Part shown: positions 38,988 to 50,206 of the stretch, piece after piece
How the letters are laid out: every line of letters starts with the position of its first letter
How positions within the stretch are numbered: the first letter of the stretch is position 1
Source: Thermoflexia bacterium
GTDB lineage: Bacteria; Chloroflexota; Anaerolineae; B4-G1; DUEL01
Length of the DNA: 64,000 nucleotides
NCBI GenBank assembly: GCA_011192125.1
Contig: DUEL01000005.1
Span: 1,512-65,511, forward strand
Reading direction: 5' to 3'
Notes under the pieces: model-generated
What the model was told of the DNA's origin: nothing
The model's database searches: none
Seen by the model: the letters and a program-made list of their open reading frames with translations, nothing else
Program-made: the position numbers and the translations under genes

Positions 38988-39067
38988 ACCGCAGAGACAC
39001 AGAGGACGCAGAGGTAAACCCTTTTTCTTTACCTTTACTCACCTCTGCACCCTCCGTGCCTCTGCGA
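38988..39067. repeat. Family A palindromic repeat
   Basis: accgcagagacacagaggacgcagagg ... cctctgcaccctccgtgcctctgcga. Confidence 0.8.
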
Positions 39068-39125
39068 TAAGACAGGGCTCGGATCATCGATCCGCCCAAA
39101 CTTGGACAAAGGAGCGAGGACGGAT

Positions 39126-39611
39126 ATGGAGAACATCCTGGAGATCGCTCGCCAGTTAGTCGTCTGGCTCGCGTTGATCACCGGCGTCGTGTTTACCGCC
39201 CTGCACGGTGGGGCGATCATCTGGACCTTTCGGGATATGCGTGCCCGGTCGCGGGACGTGCTGGCCTGGATTGTCGCTACCCTGATGGTAGCCCTCCTAC
39301 CCCTGGTGGGCCTGGTAGTCTATCTGATGCTCCGTCCCAGGGAAACCCTCGCCGAGGCCTATGAACGCTCGCTGGAGCAGGAAGCCCTGCTCCAGGCGAT
39401 TGAGGAACCGGAGTACTGCCCCGGCTGCGGCCAGCGGGTGAGGTCGGATTACATCCTCTGCCCCACCTGCCACACCCGTCTCAAGCAGCCCTGCCCCTCC
39501 TGCGGCCGCGCCCTCGACCTCTCCTGGTCGGTCTGCCCGTACTGCGGCACCGCCGTGACCCCCCAGGTAGTGGAGCCCGTCACGCCGCCGCAGCAAGAAG
39601 CGACGGCTTAG
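39126..39611 (+). CDS. Membrane protein with double zinc ribbon
   Basis: Two TMs, LRPRETL, four CPxC motifs. Confidence 0.88.
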   Translation: MENILEIARQLVVWLALITGVVFTALHGGAIIWTFRDMRARSRDVLAWIVATLMVALLPLVGLVVYLMLRPRETLAEAYERSLEQEALLQAIEEPEYCPGCGQRVRSDYILCPTCHTRLKQPCPSCGRALDLSWSVCPYCGTAVTPQVVEPVTPPQQEATA

Positions 39612-39624
39612 ACGAGGTTTTTTT

Positions 39625-39697
39625 CACCACAGAGGCACAGAGGGCACAGAGTTTCTCAAAGATAGAGAGACCTCCGTGCCCTCTGTGTCTCTGTGGT
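39625..39697. repeat. Family A palindromic repeat
   Basis: caccacagaggcacagagggcacagag ... ctccgtgccctctgtgtctctgtggt. Confidence 0.85.
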
Positions 39698-39706
39698 TTC
39701 CTTCTT

Positions 39707-41131
39707 TCACACCTCGCCGGTCTCCCCCACCACGTGCACCTTCAGCATATTGGTCCGCCCTTCCCCCCCGAAGGGAATCCCCGCCGTGAGCACCACCCGG
39801 TCGCCCTTGCGCACGAAGCCCCGCTCGTAGGCGGCGCGGACCATCAGGACGACCATCTCGTCGGTGGTGGCGAAGCGGGGGACCCGCACCGGGGTGACCC
39901 CCCAGACCATCGTCAGCCGCATCAGGGTGCGGGGGTTGGGGGTGGCGGCGACGATCGGCACCCCCGGACGGTGCCGGGCGACCATCCGGGCGGTGGTGCC
40001 GGACATCGTGGCAGTGAGGATCGCCCGTGCCCCTACCTCGGCGGCGATCTCCACCGTCGCGTGGCTGATCGCCTCGGTCACCGTGGGGGATGGGGGGCGC
40101 TCCGCGCCGTATAGGAACCGGCCCAGCGGCAGGTGGGACTCGGCGTGCTCGCAGAGGGAGGCCATCGTCTCCGCCGCCTCCACCGGATACCTCCCCACCG
40201 CCGTCTCACCGGAGAGCATCACCGCGTCGGTCCCGTCCAGCACCGCGTTGACCACGTCGGAGGCCTCGGCCCGGGTCGGCACCGGCCGCTCCATCATCGA
40301 CTGCAACATCTGCGTGGCGGTGATGACCGGTTTCCCCACCCGGTTGCAGGCCCGGATGATTCGCTTCTGGTAGAAGGGAACCTCCTCCGGCGACGTCTCA
40401 ACCCCCAGATCGCCCCGAGCCACCATAATCCCGTCGGCGGCCTCCAGAATGTCGCTAAACGTGTCCACCGCCTCCGCCTTCTCGATCTTGGCGACGATGG
40501 GCAGGTCGCTCCCCGCCGCGTCCAACAGCCGACGGAGTTCCCGCACGTCCTCCGCCGAGCGGACGAAGGAGAGGGCAACGAAATCCACCCCCTGCTCCAG
40601 GGCGAACCGGAGGTCCTCCCGATCCTTCGGGGTGATGGCGGGGATGTGGGACGTGCCGCCTGGCAGGTTGACCCCCTTGTGGGAGGTCAGCCGGCCGCCG
40701 ACGACCACCCGACAGCGCACCCCCTCCTCATCCCGGCCCTCGACCCGCAACTCCAGCCGGCCGTCGTCGAGGAGAATCCGCTGGTCGGGTTGCAGCCCCT
40801 GCAACGCCTCGGGGTGAGGGACCGGGATGCGGCCCGGGGAAAAAGAAGAGGAGGTCAAGACAACGACCTCCCCTTCCTGCAACACAATCCCCTCCTGGGG
40901 CAGATCCCCTACCCGCAATTTCGGCCCCTGCAGGTCCGCCATCACCGCGACCAAGCAGCCCTCCTCCTCGGCGACCCGGCGGACGGTCTGGATGGTGCGG
41001 GCGTGGGTGGCGTGGTCGCCGTGGGAGAAGTTGATCCGCGCGATGCTCATCCCGGCACGGACCAACGCCCGCACCACCTCGGGGTCCTCCGAGGCTGGGC
41101 CGAGGGTGCAGATGATCTTGGTCCGAGGCAT
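39707..41131 (-). CDS. pyk: Pyruvate kinase
   Basis: RTKIICTLGP, RINFSHG, DLQGPK, MVARGDLG, ATQMLQSM, MLSGETA. Confidence 0.98.
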   Translation of the reverse strand: MPRTKIICTLGPASEDPEVVRALVRAGMSIARINFSHGDHATHARTIQTVRRVAEEEGCLVAVMADLQGPKLRVGDLPQEGIVLQEGEVVVLTSSSFSPGRIPVPHPEALQGLQPDQRILLDDGRLELRVEGRDEEGVRCRVVVGGRLTSHKGVNLPGGTSHIPAITPKDREDLRFALEQGVDFVALSFVRSAEDVRELRRLLDAAGSDLPIVAKIEKAEAVDTFSDILEAADGIMVARGDLGVETSPEEVPFYQKRIIRACNRVGKPVITATQMLQSMMERPVPTRAEASDVVNAVLDGTDAVMLSGETAVGRYPVEAAETMASLCEHAESHLPLGRFLYGAERPPSPTVTEAISHATVEIAAEVGARAILTATMSGTTARMVARHRPGVPIVAATPNPRTLMRLTMVWGVTPVRVPRFATTDEMVVLMVRAAYERGFVRKGDRVVLTAGIPFGGEGRTNMLKVHVVGETGEV

Positions 41132-41147
41132 ATCGCTCACTTTATCC

Positions 41148-41223
41148 CACCACAGAGACACGGAGGGCACAGAGACTCTCCAAACCCTGAGAAAAATCTC
41201 TGTGCTCTCTGTGCCTCTGTGGT
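41148..41223. repeat. Family A palindromic repeat
   Basis: caccacagagacacggagggcacagag ... ctctgtgctctctgtgcctctgtggt. Confidence 0.85.
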
Positions 41224-41228
41224 TTTCC

Positions 41229-42539
<1,311 letters not shown>

Positions 42540-42547
42540 CTAGGTTT

Positions 42548-42606
42548 CACCACAGAGACACGGAGAGCACAGAGGTTCCCTTTCTTGTCCTCTGTGTCTC
42601 TGTGGT
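42548..42606. repeat. Family A palindromic repeat
   Basis: caccacagagacacggagagcacagagg ... cctctgtgtctctgtggt. Confidence 0.85.
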
Positions 42607-42610
42607 CCTT

Positions 42611-43687
42611 TTATTCTAACCCCATCCCTTTATACAGCCGGTCGAAGTCGAAATGCTCGGCCATCAGCGATTCGAACTTCTCCAACTTCTCCGGCTGCCC
42701 TAGTCGGGTTTTGCCGAAGACCCGCTCGATGGCCTCCACGGTCTCCAGCGTGTTCTCCCGCACCAGGAGGACCGGCACCCCGGCCTCCTCGGCACGGCGA
42801 AGGACCTCCGGCTGGGGGCGCAGATGGCCGGTGAGGATCAGACAGGCGGTGGCCGTCTCCAGCGCCGCCAACTGGATGTCCGTCCGGTCGCCGCCGGTGA
42901 TCACCGCCTTGGGGGCAGGGATCCGCCGCATCCGGGGCAGCGCCTGGTCCACACTCATCGCCCCCACGACCAGGTTCTCGATCAACACGTCGGTCTTCTC
43001 CGGCAGCGCCAGGAACTGGGCCCGCAACACCTGCGCCAGTTCCCCCACGCTGATGGCCTGGAGTTCCTCCTGCCGGGGGAGGACGCCCAGCACCGCGATC
43101 CCCCGCTCCTCCAGGCAGGGGCGAGCGACCTCGGTCACGAACTCCTGGCTCTCCTCCGGCACCGCGTTGATGAGGAGCCCCAGCAGCCGCTTCCCCAGCC
43201 GCAGGTTCGCCACCTCACAGTCGTCCACCAGGCTCATCTCGTTGCGGAAGCGGATCACGGCCAGCACCGGCACGTCCAGCGCTTCGGACACGTCGATGGG
43301 GCCCAGGCCGATGCCGACCCCCTCCCGGAGCGAGGCCCCGCCTTCCAGGATCATCACGTCCTTCCCCGTCGACGCCTCCTCATAGGCAGCCCGGACCTCG
43401 GCGATCAGATCGCGGGCGGAGCAGCCGCAGAGGGTGTCGCGCAACAGCGCGGGGGTGAGGACGACCCCCACCAGCGTGTGGGGTGGCTCCCGCAGCCCCA
43501 GCACCCGACGCACGAACTCGGCATCCTCGTCCAGCGCCCGCCCCGGCATCGGCTCCCAGGGTTGGGTCGACAGGGGCTTGAAATAGCCGACCTGGTAGCC
43601 GTCCTGCTGCAGCCGCCGCCCAACCGCCAGGCAGACGGCTGTCTTACCGCTGAAGGTGTGTAGAGAGGTAACGTACAAGGCTTTCAT
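42611..43687 (-). CDS. Phosphotransacetylase N-terminal-like protein (BioD-like P-loop + DRTGG domain)
   Basis: SGKTAV, GYFKP, ILEG, ITGGDRTDIQLAA; no Pta catalytic domain. Confidence 0.9.
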   Translation of the reverse strand: MKALYVTSLHTFSGKTAVCLAVGRRLQQDGYQVGYFKPLSTQPWEPMPGRALDEDAEFVRRVLGLREPPHTLVGVVLTPALLRDTLCGCSARDLIAEVRAAYEEASTGKDVMILEGGASLREGVGIGLGPIDVSEALDVPVLAVIRFRNEMSLVDDCEVANLRLGKRLLGLLINAVPEESQEFVTEVARPCLEERGIAVLGVLPRQEELQAISVGELAQVLRAQFLALPEKTDVLIENLVVGAMSVDQALPRMRRIPAPKAVITGGDRTDIQLAALETATACLILTGHLRPQPEVLRRAEEAGVPVLLVRENTLETVEAIERVFGKTRLGQPEKLEKFESLMAEHFDFDRLYKGMGLE

Positions 43688-43710
43688 TACTTCCTCCGCG
43701 TGCAACAAGT

Positions 43711-43745
43711 GCTAGCAACCAGCAGCCAGCAACTAGCAACTAGCC
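43711..43745. repeat. Heptamer tandem repeat (AGCAAC[C/T])
   Basis: agcaacc agcagcc agcaact agcaact agcc. Confidence 0.7.
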
Positions 43746-45830
43746 CAACACCAACCGCATATCCAGCGCCACCGCCCCGCGCCCCTCGTCAAAGACCATC
43801 AGCGGGTTGATGTCCAACTCGACGATCTCGGGGAAGTCGGTGACCAACTGGGAGATCCGACACAGGGCATCCACCATCGCCTCGTGGTCGGCCGGCGGCT
43901 CGCCGCGCACCCCCTCCAGGAGCGGGTAGGCCCGGATCTCGCGGATCATCTCCTCCGCCTCTTGACGGCTGAAGGGAGCCACGCGGAAGACCACGTCCTT
44001 CAGCGCTTCCACGTAGATCCCGCCCAGCCCGAAGGCCACCAGCGGACCAAACTGGGGATCGCGGCTCATCCCGATCAGCACCTCCCGCCCGCCGGGGACC
44101 ATCTTCTGGACCAGACACCCCCAGATACGCGCGTCGGGCACGTACCGTGTGGCCCGGTACATGATCAGATCGAACGCGTCCCGCACGTCCTCCGCCGACC
44201 GGAGGTTCAGTTTCACGCCGCCCACGTCGGTCTTGTGCAGGATGTCCGGCGAGGCGACCTTGAGGACCACCGGGTATCCCATCTCCTCCGCCGCCTCGAT
44301 CGCCTCCTCGGGCGTTGCCGCCAGGCGGGAGGGCGGGACCGGGAAGCCATAGGCCTCCAGGATCGCCCGCGCCTCGGCATCGCCGATGCTCACGCGCCCC
44401 TCGGAGCGGGCCTTCTCCAGCACCTTCCGCACCGCATCCCGGTCCACCTCGAACCGCTCCGGCGGGTGGATCGGTCGCTCCTGCTCCCTCCGGTAGGCGA
44501 CCATCGCTGCCAGGGCCTCGGCCGCCCGCTCCGGGAAGGGGTAGTTGGGAACCCCGTACTGTCGGAGGACATCCACCCCGGCCTTGATGCGGGCCTCGCC
44601 CATAAAGCACCCCAGGATCGGCTTGTCGGTCTCCTGGGCCGTACGGCCGACGATGTGGGCCGTCTCTTCGATCTGGGTCATCGCCTGCGGCGTGACGATG
44701 ACGATGACCGCGTCCACCCCTGGGTCGGCCAACACCAGCCGAAGGGCGTGCTCGTACCGGTCGGCGAGGGCGTCTCCCAGCACGTCCACCGGGTTGGCGG
44801 CGGAGGCCGCGCTGGGCAGGTCGGCCATCAGCGCTTCAATGGTCTCCGGCTTCAGCCGGGCCAGCCGCAGCCCAGCGTGCTCCAGCGCGTCGGTCGCCAG
44901 GATCCCCGGGCCACCGGCGTTGGTCACGATAGCGACCTGATCCCCGGCCGGGAGCGGTTGGTAGGCAAAGGCGCGGGCGTAATCGAAGAGCCGCTCCATC
45001 GACCCGGCCCGGATGACCCCCGCCTGGCGGAAGGCCGCCCGGTAGGCCGCCTCCGACCCGGCCAGACTCCCTGTGTGGGAAGAGACCGCGCGGGAGCCGG
45101 CCCGGGTCACGCCGGACTTGACCGCCACCACCGGCTTCTTCCGCGTCACCCGGCGGGCGACCTCCATAAAGCGCTGCCCGTCCTTCAACCCCTCGACGTA
45201 GATGAGGATCACCCGGGAGTCCGGATCGTCCTCCCACGCCTCCAGCAGGTCGATCTCGTCCACATCCGCCTTGTTCCCCAGGCTGACGAAGCGGGAGAAG
45301 CCGATCCGCCCCGCCAGGGCCATGTCCAGCACCGCCGTCCCCAACGCGCCGGACTGGGACATGAAGGCCATCGGCCCGGCGGGGGGCATCCCCGCAGCAA
45401 AGGTAGCGTTGAGGGGAGTAGCGGTGTCGATCACCCCCAGGCAGTTGGGGCCGACCAGCCGGATGTTGTAGCGGCGGGCGATTTCGATCAGTTCCTGCTC
45501 CCGCTCCAACCCCTCCCGACCGGCCTCCCGGAACCCTGCGCTGATGACCACCACCGCCGGGACCCCCTTCTGCCCGCATTGTTCCAGGACGGCGGGGACG
45601 AAGGGGTACGGGATGACGATGACCGCCAGATCGACCGGCTCCGGGACGTCTAGAATGCTGGGGTAGGCTTTCAGACCGAGGATCTCATCCGCCTTAGGGT
45701 TGATCGGGTAGAGGGCCCCTTTGAAACCGCCCTCTTTCAGGTTGGCAAGCACCGCGTACCCCAGTTTCTCCGGGTCGCGAGACGCGCCGATGACGGCGAC
45801 GGAAGATGGACGGAAGAACGATTCTAGCAT
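43740..45830 (-). CDS. Acetate--CoA ligase (ADP-forming), fused alpha/beta
   Basis: SVAVIGAS, GPNCLG, SQSGA, SHTGSLAG (phospho-His kept), HKTDVGGV, DINPL. Confidence 0.93.
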   Translation of the reverse strand: MLESFFRPSSVAVIGASRDPEKLGYAVLANLKEGGFKGALYPINPKADEILGLKAYPSILDVPEPVDLAVIVIPYPFVPAVLEQCGQKGVPAVVVISAGFREAGREGLEREQELIEIARRYNIRLVGPNCLGVIDTATPLNATFAAGMPPAGPMAFMSQSGALGTAVLDMALAGRIGFSRFVSLGNKADVDEIDLLEAWEDDPDSRVILIYVEGLKDGQRFMEVARRVTRKKPVVAVKSGVTRAGSRAVSSHTGSLAGSEAAYRAAFRQAGVIRAGSMERLFDYARAFAYQPLPAGDQVAIVTNAGGPGILATDALEHAGLRLARLKPETIEALMADLPSAASAANPVDVLGDALADRYEHALRLVLADPGVDAVIVIVTPQAMTQIEETAHIVGRTAQETDKPILGCFMGEARIKAGVDVLRQYGVPNYPFPERAAEALAAMVAYRREQERPIHPPERFEVDRDAVRKVLEKARSEGRVSIGDAEARAILEAYGFPVPPSRLAATPEEAIEAAEEMGYPVVLKVASPDILHKTDVGGVKLNLRSAEDVRDAFDLIMYRATRYVPDARIWGCLVQKMVPGGREVLIGMSRDPQFGPLVAFGLGGIYVEALKDVVFRVAPFSRQEAEEMIREIRAYPLLEGVRGEPPADHEAMVDALCRISQLVTDFPEIVELDINPLMVFDEGRGAVALDMRLVLG

Positions 45831-46015
45831 ACCTGTTCCCCTGACAACCACGAAGTCATCTCACTAGTTCACCCCAAACAACAACCCATCCTGCTCCGGA
45901 TGTCCTTCTAATCATATCCCAAGAGGCCGAATAGACAAGTGACATTCGACACCCCGATGGCCGTGCATCCTGGCACCTGGTCGACTCGCCCCTGTGGCCC
46001 CGTCTCCGGAGGGAC

Positions 46016-46579
46016 CTATTCACAGACAGAGGGGGCACAACAGATCAACCGGGTCGGTGTGACGACCCAGTCCATCCGCTGGTCCCGCTCGGTGCAGGGA
46101 AGAGCATCGGTCAGACAGGCGTCGAAGGTCACCCCCACGCGGAGGGCGGGGGTGCTCGGCAGGAACCGGTCGTAATACCCCCCGCCGAACCCCAGCCGTC
46201 CTCCCTGCGGATCGAAGGCCACGCCCGGCACGAGTACCACGTCGAGCGTGGCGGGATCCACCGCCGGCAGGGCAGGGTCCGGCTCCAGCATCCCGAAGGG
46301 GTGGCGGACCAGTCGGTCTGGATCGTAGGGGTGCAGCACCAGCCGACGGCCATCGATGCGGGGAAGGACCCACAGGATGGAGGGAAGCAGCGTGAAGAGG
46401 CCACTCAGATCCGGCTCGTTCCGAAAGGCCAGGTAGGTCATCACCGTGCGCGCCTCGCGCAGACGGTCCCATCCAGCCAGCCGCTCGCAGATCGCGGCAG
46501 ACGCAGCGGCGACCTGCTCAGGGGCGAGGCTTTCCCGAATTTGAAGATACCGCCGTCGAAGCGCAGCCTTTTCCATCAT
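46016..46579 (-). CDS. 5-formyltetrahydrofolate cyclo-ligase
   Basis: KAALRR, VPGVAFD, RLGFGGGYYDR, DQRMD. Confidence 0.93.
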   Translation of the reverse strand: MMEKAALRRRYLQIRESLAPEQVAAASAAICERLAGWDRLREARTVMTYLAFRNEPDLSGLFTLLPSILWVLPRIDGRRLVLHPYDPDRLVRHPFGMLEPDPALPAVDPATLDVVLVPGVAFDPQGGRLGFGGGYYDRFLPSTPALRVGVTFDACLTDALPCTERDQRMDWVVTPTRLICCAPSVCE

Positions 46580-46617
46580 TGCTCCAGGCGAGTGTACCAC
46601 AGGTTCATAGAAGCGCA

Positions 46618-46644
46618 ATTCGTGCATTCGTGCCCATTCGTGGA
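46618..46644. repeat. Family B half element
   Basis: attcgtgcattcgtgcccattcgtgga. Confidence 0.7.
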
Positions 46645-46651
46645 CACCGAC

Positions 46652-46680
46652 TTGCCCCATCCCGATCGTGGTGGTAGAAT
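46652..46680 (+). promoter_or_regulatory. Promoter of the GNAT gene
   Basis: TTGCCC-17 nt-TAGAAT with TGn extension. Confidence 0.6.
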
Positions 46681-46705
46681 GCCAAAACCAGCGAGGGAAG
46701 CCGCC

Positions 46706-47239
46706 GTGGTATCGATCCGTAAAGCCCGTCCTGACGACTGGGAAACATGCGCTGCCCTGGACCACTCGACGGTCACCGACCGGGCCTGGCGGGTGGAGGT
46801 CCGGGAGCAGGAGGGGCGGATCCATGTCACCTTCGAGCCGATCCGCCTACCCCGCTCTGCTCGCCTCCCGTATCCCCGGCAGGGCAAGCCCCTGATCGCC
46901 GGATGGGAGGGGTGCGACCTGTTCCTCGTCGCCGACACTGGGCGACAGATATGCGGCTACATCACCGTCCGCGCCCTCCGGGGCCATGGGCTGGCCTGGG
47001 TACAGGACCTGGTGGTAGATCGGGCGTGGCGGCGGCGGGGAATAGGAAGTGATCTCTTGGTCAAAGCGGTGGACTGGGCCCAGCGCAACGGCCTGGAGCG
47101 TCTGGTCGCCGAGGTGACGACGAAGAACGATCCCGGCATCTGCTTTCTCCGCTCCCACGGGCTGGTCTTCTGCGGGTATCACGAGCAACACTGGCGGACG
47201 CAGGACATCGCGGTCCTCTTCGCCCGGTCGCTCCGTTGA
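46706..47239 (+). CDS. GNAT family N-acetyltransferase
   Basis: LVVDRAWRRRGIG motif A; NDPGICF. Confidence 0.88.
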   Translation: MVSIRKARPDDWETCAALDHSTVTDRAWRVEVREQEGRIHVTFEPIRLPRSARLPYPRQGKPLIAGWEGCDLFLVADTGRQICGYITVRALRGHGLAWVQDLVVDRAWRRRGIGSDLLVKAVDWAQRNGLERLVAEVTTKNDPGICFLRSHGLVFCGYHEQHWRTQDIAVLFARSLR

Positions 47240-47293
47240 CGCCCCTGGGATAATCGAGAGGCTGTCTGTGGCGGTTGATGGCTTTCACAAAGG

Positions 47294-49249
47294 ATGAATG
47301 GGTTGTCGTCGGTTGATTGGATAGAAACTTTGTCGCTGCTCAACGCCATCTTCACATCCGGCATCGTCATCCTGTCCTTTGCCCTTCTCGTCTACATCCT
47401 CCTCTACAACCTCCGCAGCAACGTTGCCCGAGCCTTCTGCGCCATCCTGGCCTGCGTCCTGGTGGCCTACTTCGTGGACCTGGCCGTGGCTGGCGCACCC
47501 CTCGACATTGCCGTGCGCTGGCTCCGCTTCCAGTGGCTGGGGATCGCCTTCACCCCGGCCGCGTATCTCCACTTTACCGACGCCCTGTTGGGAACCACCA
47601 ACGATCGCAGCCGGGTCCGCACCTGGGCCGTGCGCGGCGCATACGGCCTGAGCGGGCTGACATTGCTGGTCGCCCTGCTGACCGACCTCCTGGTGCATGA
47701 CGGCTACCAAGAGGCCGGCGTGACCCACCTGAGAGCCGGTCCCCTCTTCTGGGTCTTCTTCGCCTACTTCCTCCTCGCCCTCGGCTGGGGAGTGGTCAAC
47801 GTGGTCCGCGCCTGGAGCCGCTGCCTGACCTCCACCTCTCGCCGACGGATGACCTACCTGGGCCTCTCCTTCCTCGCCCCCGCGGCAGGGGCCTTCCCCT
47901 ACCTCCTGATCGCCGGATGGCCCCAGCGGCTGCCCGGCGCGCTGCTCTGGATCCTGCTGGTCGTAGGCAACCTGGCCGTAGGGGCGATGCTGGTGGTGAT
48001 GTCCTACACCGTCGCCTTCTTCGGCGCGCTGACCCCCGACCGCGTGGTCAAGCACCGGTTCGTCCGCTTCCTCCTCCGCGGTCCGGTCCAAGCGACCGTC
48101 GTCGTGGTGGTCATCGTCCTCGCCTCCCGCGCCGACGGCTTCCTGGGCCTCCCTGCCTTCCGTCTGACCCTCTTCGGCGTGGTCGCCGCCATCCTGCTGG
48201 TCCAACTGGCCGTGGAACTGGCCAAGCCGGTGATCGACCGGATGCTGTATCGACAGGACAAAGCGGAGATCGCCTGGATCCAGGAACTAGGGAATCGACT
48301 GCTGACCTCCACCGACCTCCGGCAGTTCCTAGAGAACGTCCTCACCGCGCTATGCGACCTCCTGCGCACCTCCACCGCCTTCATAGCTGTGGTGGAGAAC
48401 GACCGGGCGCACCTGGCCGCGGTCTGCGGGTCCCTGGAACGGGCTCCGGTCTTTCTGAGGGAGGAGACGCTGGAGGCGATGCAGCGGGGGAGCCTGCCCT
48501 GGTACTTGGAGAAACACGGTCGATTCTTCATCTGGGACGGGTACTGGCTGCTCCCCTTGCGGGCGCGAAGCGGCGACGCGGTGATCGGCGTGTTAGGGAT
48601 CACAGCCCGCGAGGAGATCCCCAACCTATCGCCGGAGGAAGAGGCCGCGCTGGACAGCCTGGTGGCGCAGGCCGAGGCCGCACTGGAGGACCGGCGGATC
48701 CAGCAAACCCTCTTCGCAGCCCTGGCGCGGCTCCTCCCCCAGATCGAGGACATCCAGCGGCGGCGGGGGATGGTGCGCTACGGAGGGGATCGTGCCCTGA
48801 GCGACCTGCCCAGCCTGGTGGACGATCCCGAGTTCCCCCGCTGGGTGCGGGACGCTCTCTCCCACTACTGGGGCGGTCCGAAACTGACCCACAGCCCTCT
48901 TTTAAGCCTCCAGGTGGTGGAACGAGCGGCGGAGGAGCACGGGGGCCGGGTGAACGCCCTCCGCGCCGTCCTGCAACGGGCGATCGAGGGGCTGCGCCCC
49001 GAGGGTGACCGGAGCATGACCGCGGCCGAATGGCTGCTGTACAACATCCTGGAACTGAAATTCATCCGCGGCTACAAAGTGCGCGACGTGGCGATGCGGT
49101 TGGCGATGAGCGAGTCCGATCTGTACCGGAAGCAACGGGTGGCCATCGAGGAGGTCGCCCGCGTGTTGGCGGAGATGGAGCGTAAGGAGCAGAAGGAACG
49201 TCTGGAGGAGGAAGATGGTGGAGTTCTCACCGCCGGAAGCACCGCTTGA
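47294..49249 (+). CDS. Membrane protein: HisKA_7TM-like N-terminus, GAF-like region, C-terminal HTH-like domain
   Basis: About 8 TMs (WLRFQWLGIAF...YLHF); ILELKFIRGYKVRDVAMRLAMSESDLYRKQRVAI. Confidence 0.8.
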   Translation: MNGLSSVDWIETLSLLNAIFTSGIVILSFALLVYILLYNLRSNVARAFCAILACVLVAYFVDLAVAGAPLDIAVRWLRFQWLGIAFTPAAYLHFTDALLGTTNDRSRVRTWAVRGAYGLSGLTLLVALLTDLLVHDGYQEAGVTHLRAGPLFWVFFAYFLLALGWGVVNVVRAWSRCLTSTSRRRMTYLGLSFLAPAAGAFPYLLIAGWPQRLPGALLWILLVVGNLAVGAMLVVMSYTVAFFGALTPDRVVKHRFVRFLLRGPVQATVVVVVIVLASRADGFLGLPAFRLTLFGVVAAILLVQLAVELAKPVIDRMLYRQDKAEIAWIQELGNRLLTSTDLRQFLENVLTALCDLLRTSTAFIAVVENDRAHLAAVCGSLERAPVFLREETLEAMQRGSLPWYLEKHGRFFIWDGYWLLPLRARSGDAVIGVLGITAREEIPNLSPEEEAALDSLVAQAEAALEDRRIQQTLFAALARLLPQIEDIQRRRGMVRYGGDRALSDLPSLVDDPEFPRWVRDALSHYWGGPKLTHSPLLSLQVVERAAEEHGGRVNALRAVLQRAIEGLRPEGDRSMTAAEWLLYNILELKFIRGYKVRDVAMRLAMSESDLYRKQRVAIEEVARVLAEMERKEQKERLEEEDGGVLTAGSTA

Positions 49250-50204
49250 GGAAGGGTACTGGAGAGCGCTCGTCGAAGGGGGCGAGCACGGAGGAAAGGC
49301 CGCACCGCCAACCCCGCCGGAGGAGGTCTGGCGGTCGCTGGGGCTGGAGGAAGGGAATGGACCGACGGATTCTTCTATCTTTGGTTCGGATGGGAGATGG
49401 GAGGAAGCCATCCAGGCGATGGAGACGGAAGCCGTACTCGAACTGCCCGTCGTCGGTTACAACCGGGGTGGGCTCCTGGTCGAATGGAACGGGCACCAGG
49501 GATTCGTCCCCGCCTCCCATCTGGAAGGCCTCTCTACCTACACCGACGAGCGGGAGCGGGAGCGGGAACTGAAGGCCCGGCTGGGAAAGACCCTCCGGCT
49601 TCGCGTCATCGAGGTCGACCCCGAGCGAAGCCGCCTCGTCCTTTCGGAACGGGCCACCCGCGCCGACGAGGCCAAGAGGCAGTCCCTGATCAACCAACTG
49701 CGTCCCGGAAGCGTCCGAAAAGGCCGGGTGACCAACCTCTGCTCTTTCGGCGCGTTTGTGGACCTGGGCGGCGTCGAGGGGCTGGTCCACGTCTCGGAGA
49801 TCTCCTGGGGGCGGGTCGATCATCCGGCCGACCTGCTGCAACCCGGTCAGGAGGTGGAGGTCTTCGTCCTCAACGTCGACCAGGAGCGGGGGCGGATCGG
49901 CCTGAGCATCAAGCGCACCCGCCCCGATCCGTGGCAGACCGTCGACGATCGGTACCACGTCGGGCAGATCGTGGAGGGGACGATCACCAACGTGGTGGAC
50001 TTCGGAGCCTTCGTCCAGGTAGAAGAGGGGGTCGAGGGACTGATCCACGTCTCCGAGATGAGGGAAGAGGAATTCCTGGACCCCCACGTTGTGGTTCGGG
50101 AGGGGCAACAGGTGCGGGCACGGGTGATCGAGGTGAACGGCGCACAGCACCGGTTGCGGTTGAGCCTGCGGGACCTCCCTCCCTCTGAAGAAGGTACGGT
50201 GTAG
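49215..50204 (+). CDS. S1 RNA-binding repeat protein (ribosomal protein S1-like, three S1 domains)
   Basis: GFVPASH, FGAFVDLGGVEGLVHVSEISW, FGAFV...EGLIHVSE. Confidence 0.9.
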   Translation: MVEFSPPEAPLEEGYWRALVEGGEHGGKAAPPTPPEEVWRSLGLEEGNGPTDSSIFGSDGRWEEAIQAMETEAVLELPVVGYNRGGLLVEWNGHQGFVPASHLEGLSTYTDERERERELKARLGKTLRLRVIEVDPERSRLVLSERATRADEAKRQSLINQLRPGSVRKGRVTNLCSFGAFVDLGGVEGLVHVSEISWGRVDHPADLLQPGQEVEVFVLNVDQERGRIGLSIKRTRPDPWQTVDDRYHVGQIVEGTITNVVDFGAFVQVEEGVEGLIHVSEMREEEFLDPHVVVREGQQVRARVIEVNGAQHRLRLSLRDLPPSEEGTV

Positions 50205-50206
50205 CG

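Noticed and set aside
46580..46700. 6S RNA upstream of the 5-formyl-THF cyclo-ligase gene
   Set aside because: The gap is short and occupied by a half repeat and the divergent promoter; no long rod structure seen.
43740..47239. Split protein acetyltransferase (Pat) made of the Acd-like gene plus the GNAT gene
   Set aside because: The Acd keeps its catalytic His (SHTG), and the GNAT is divergent and separated by another gene.
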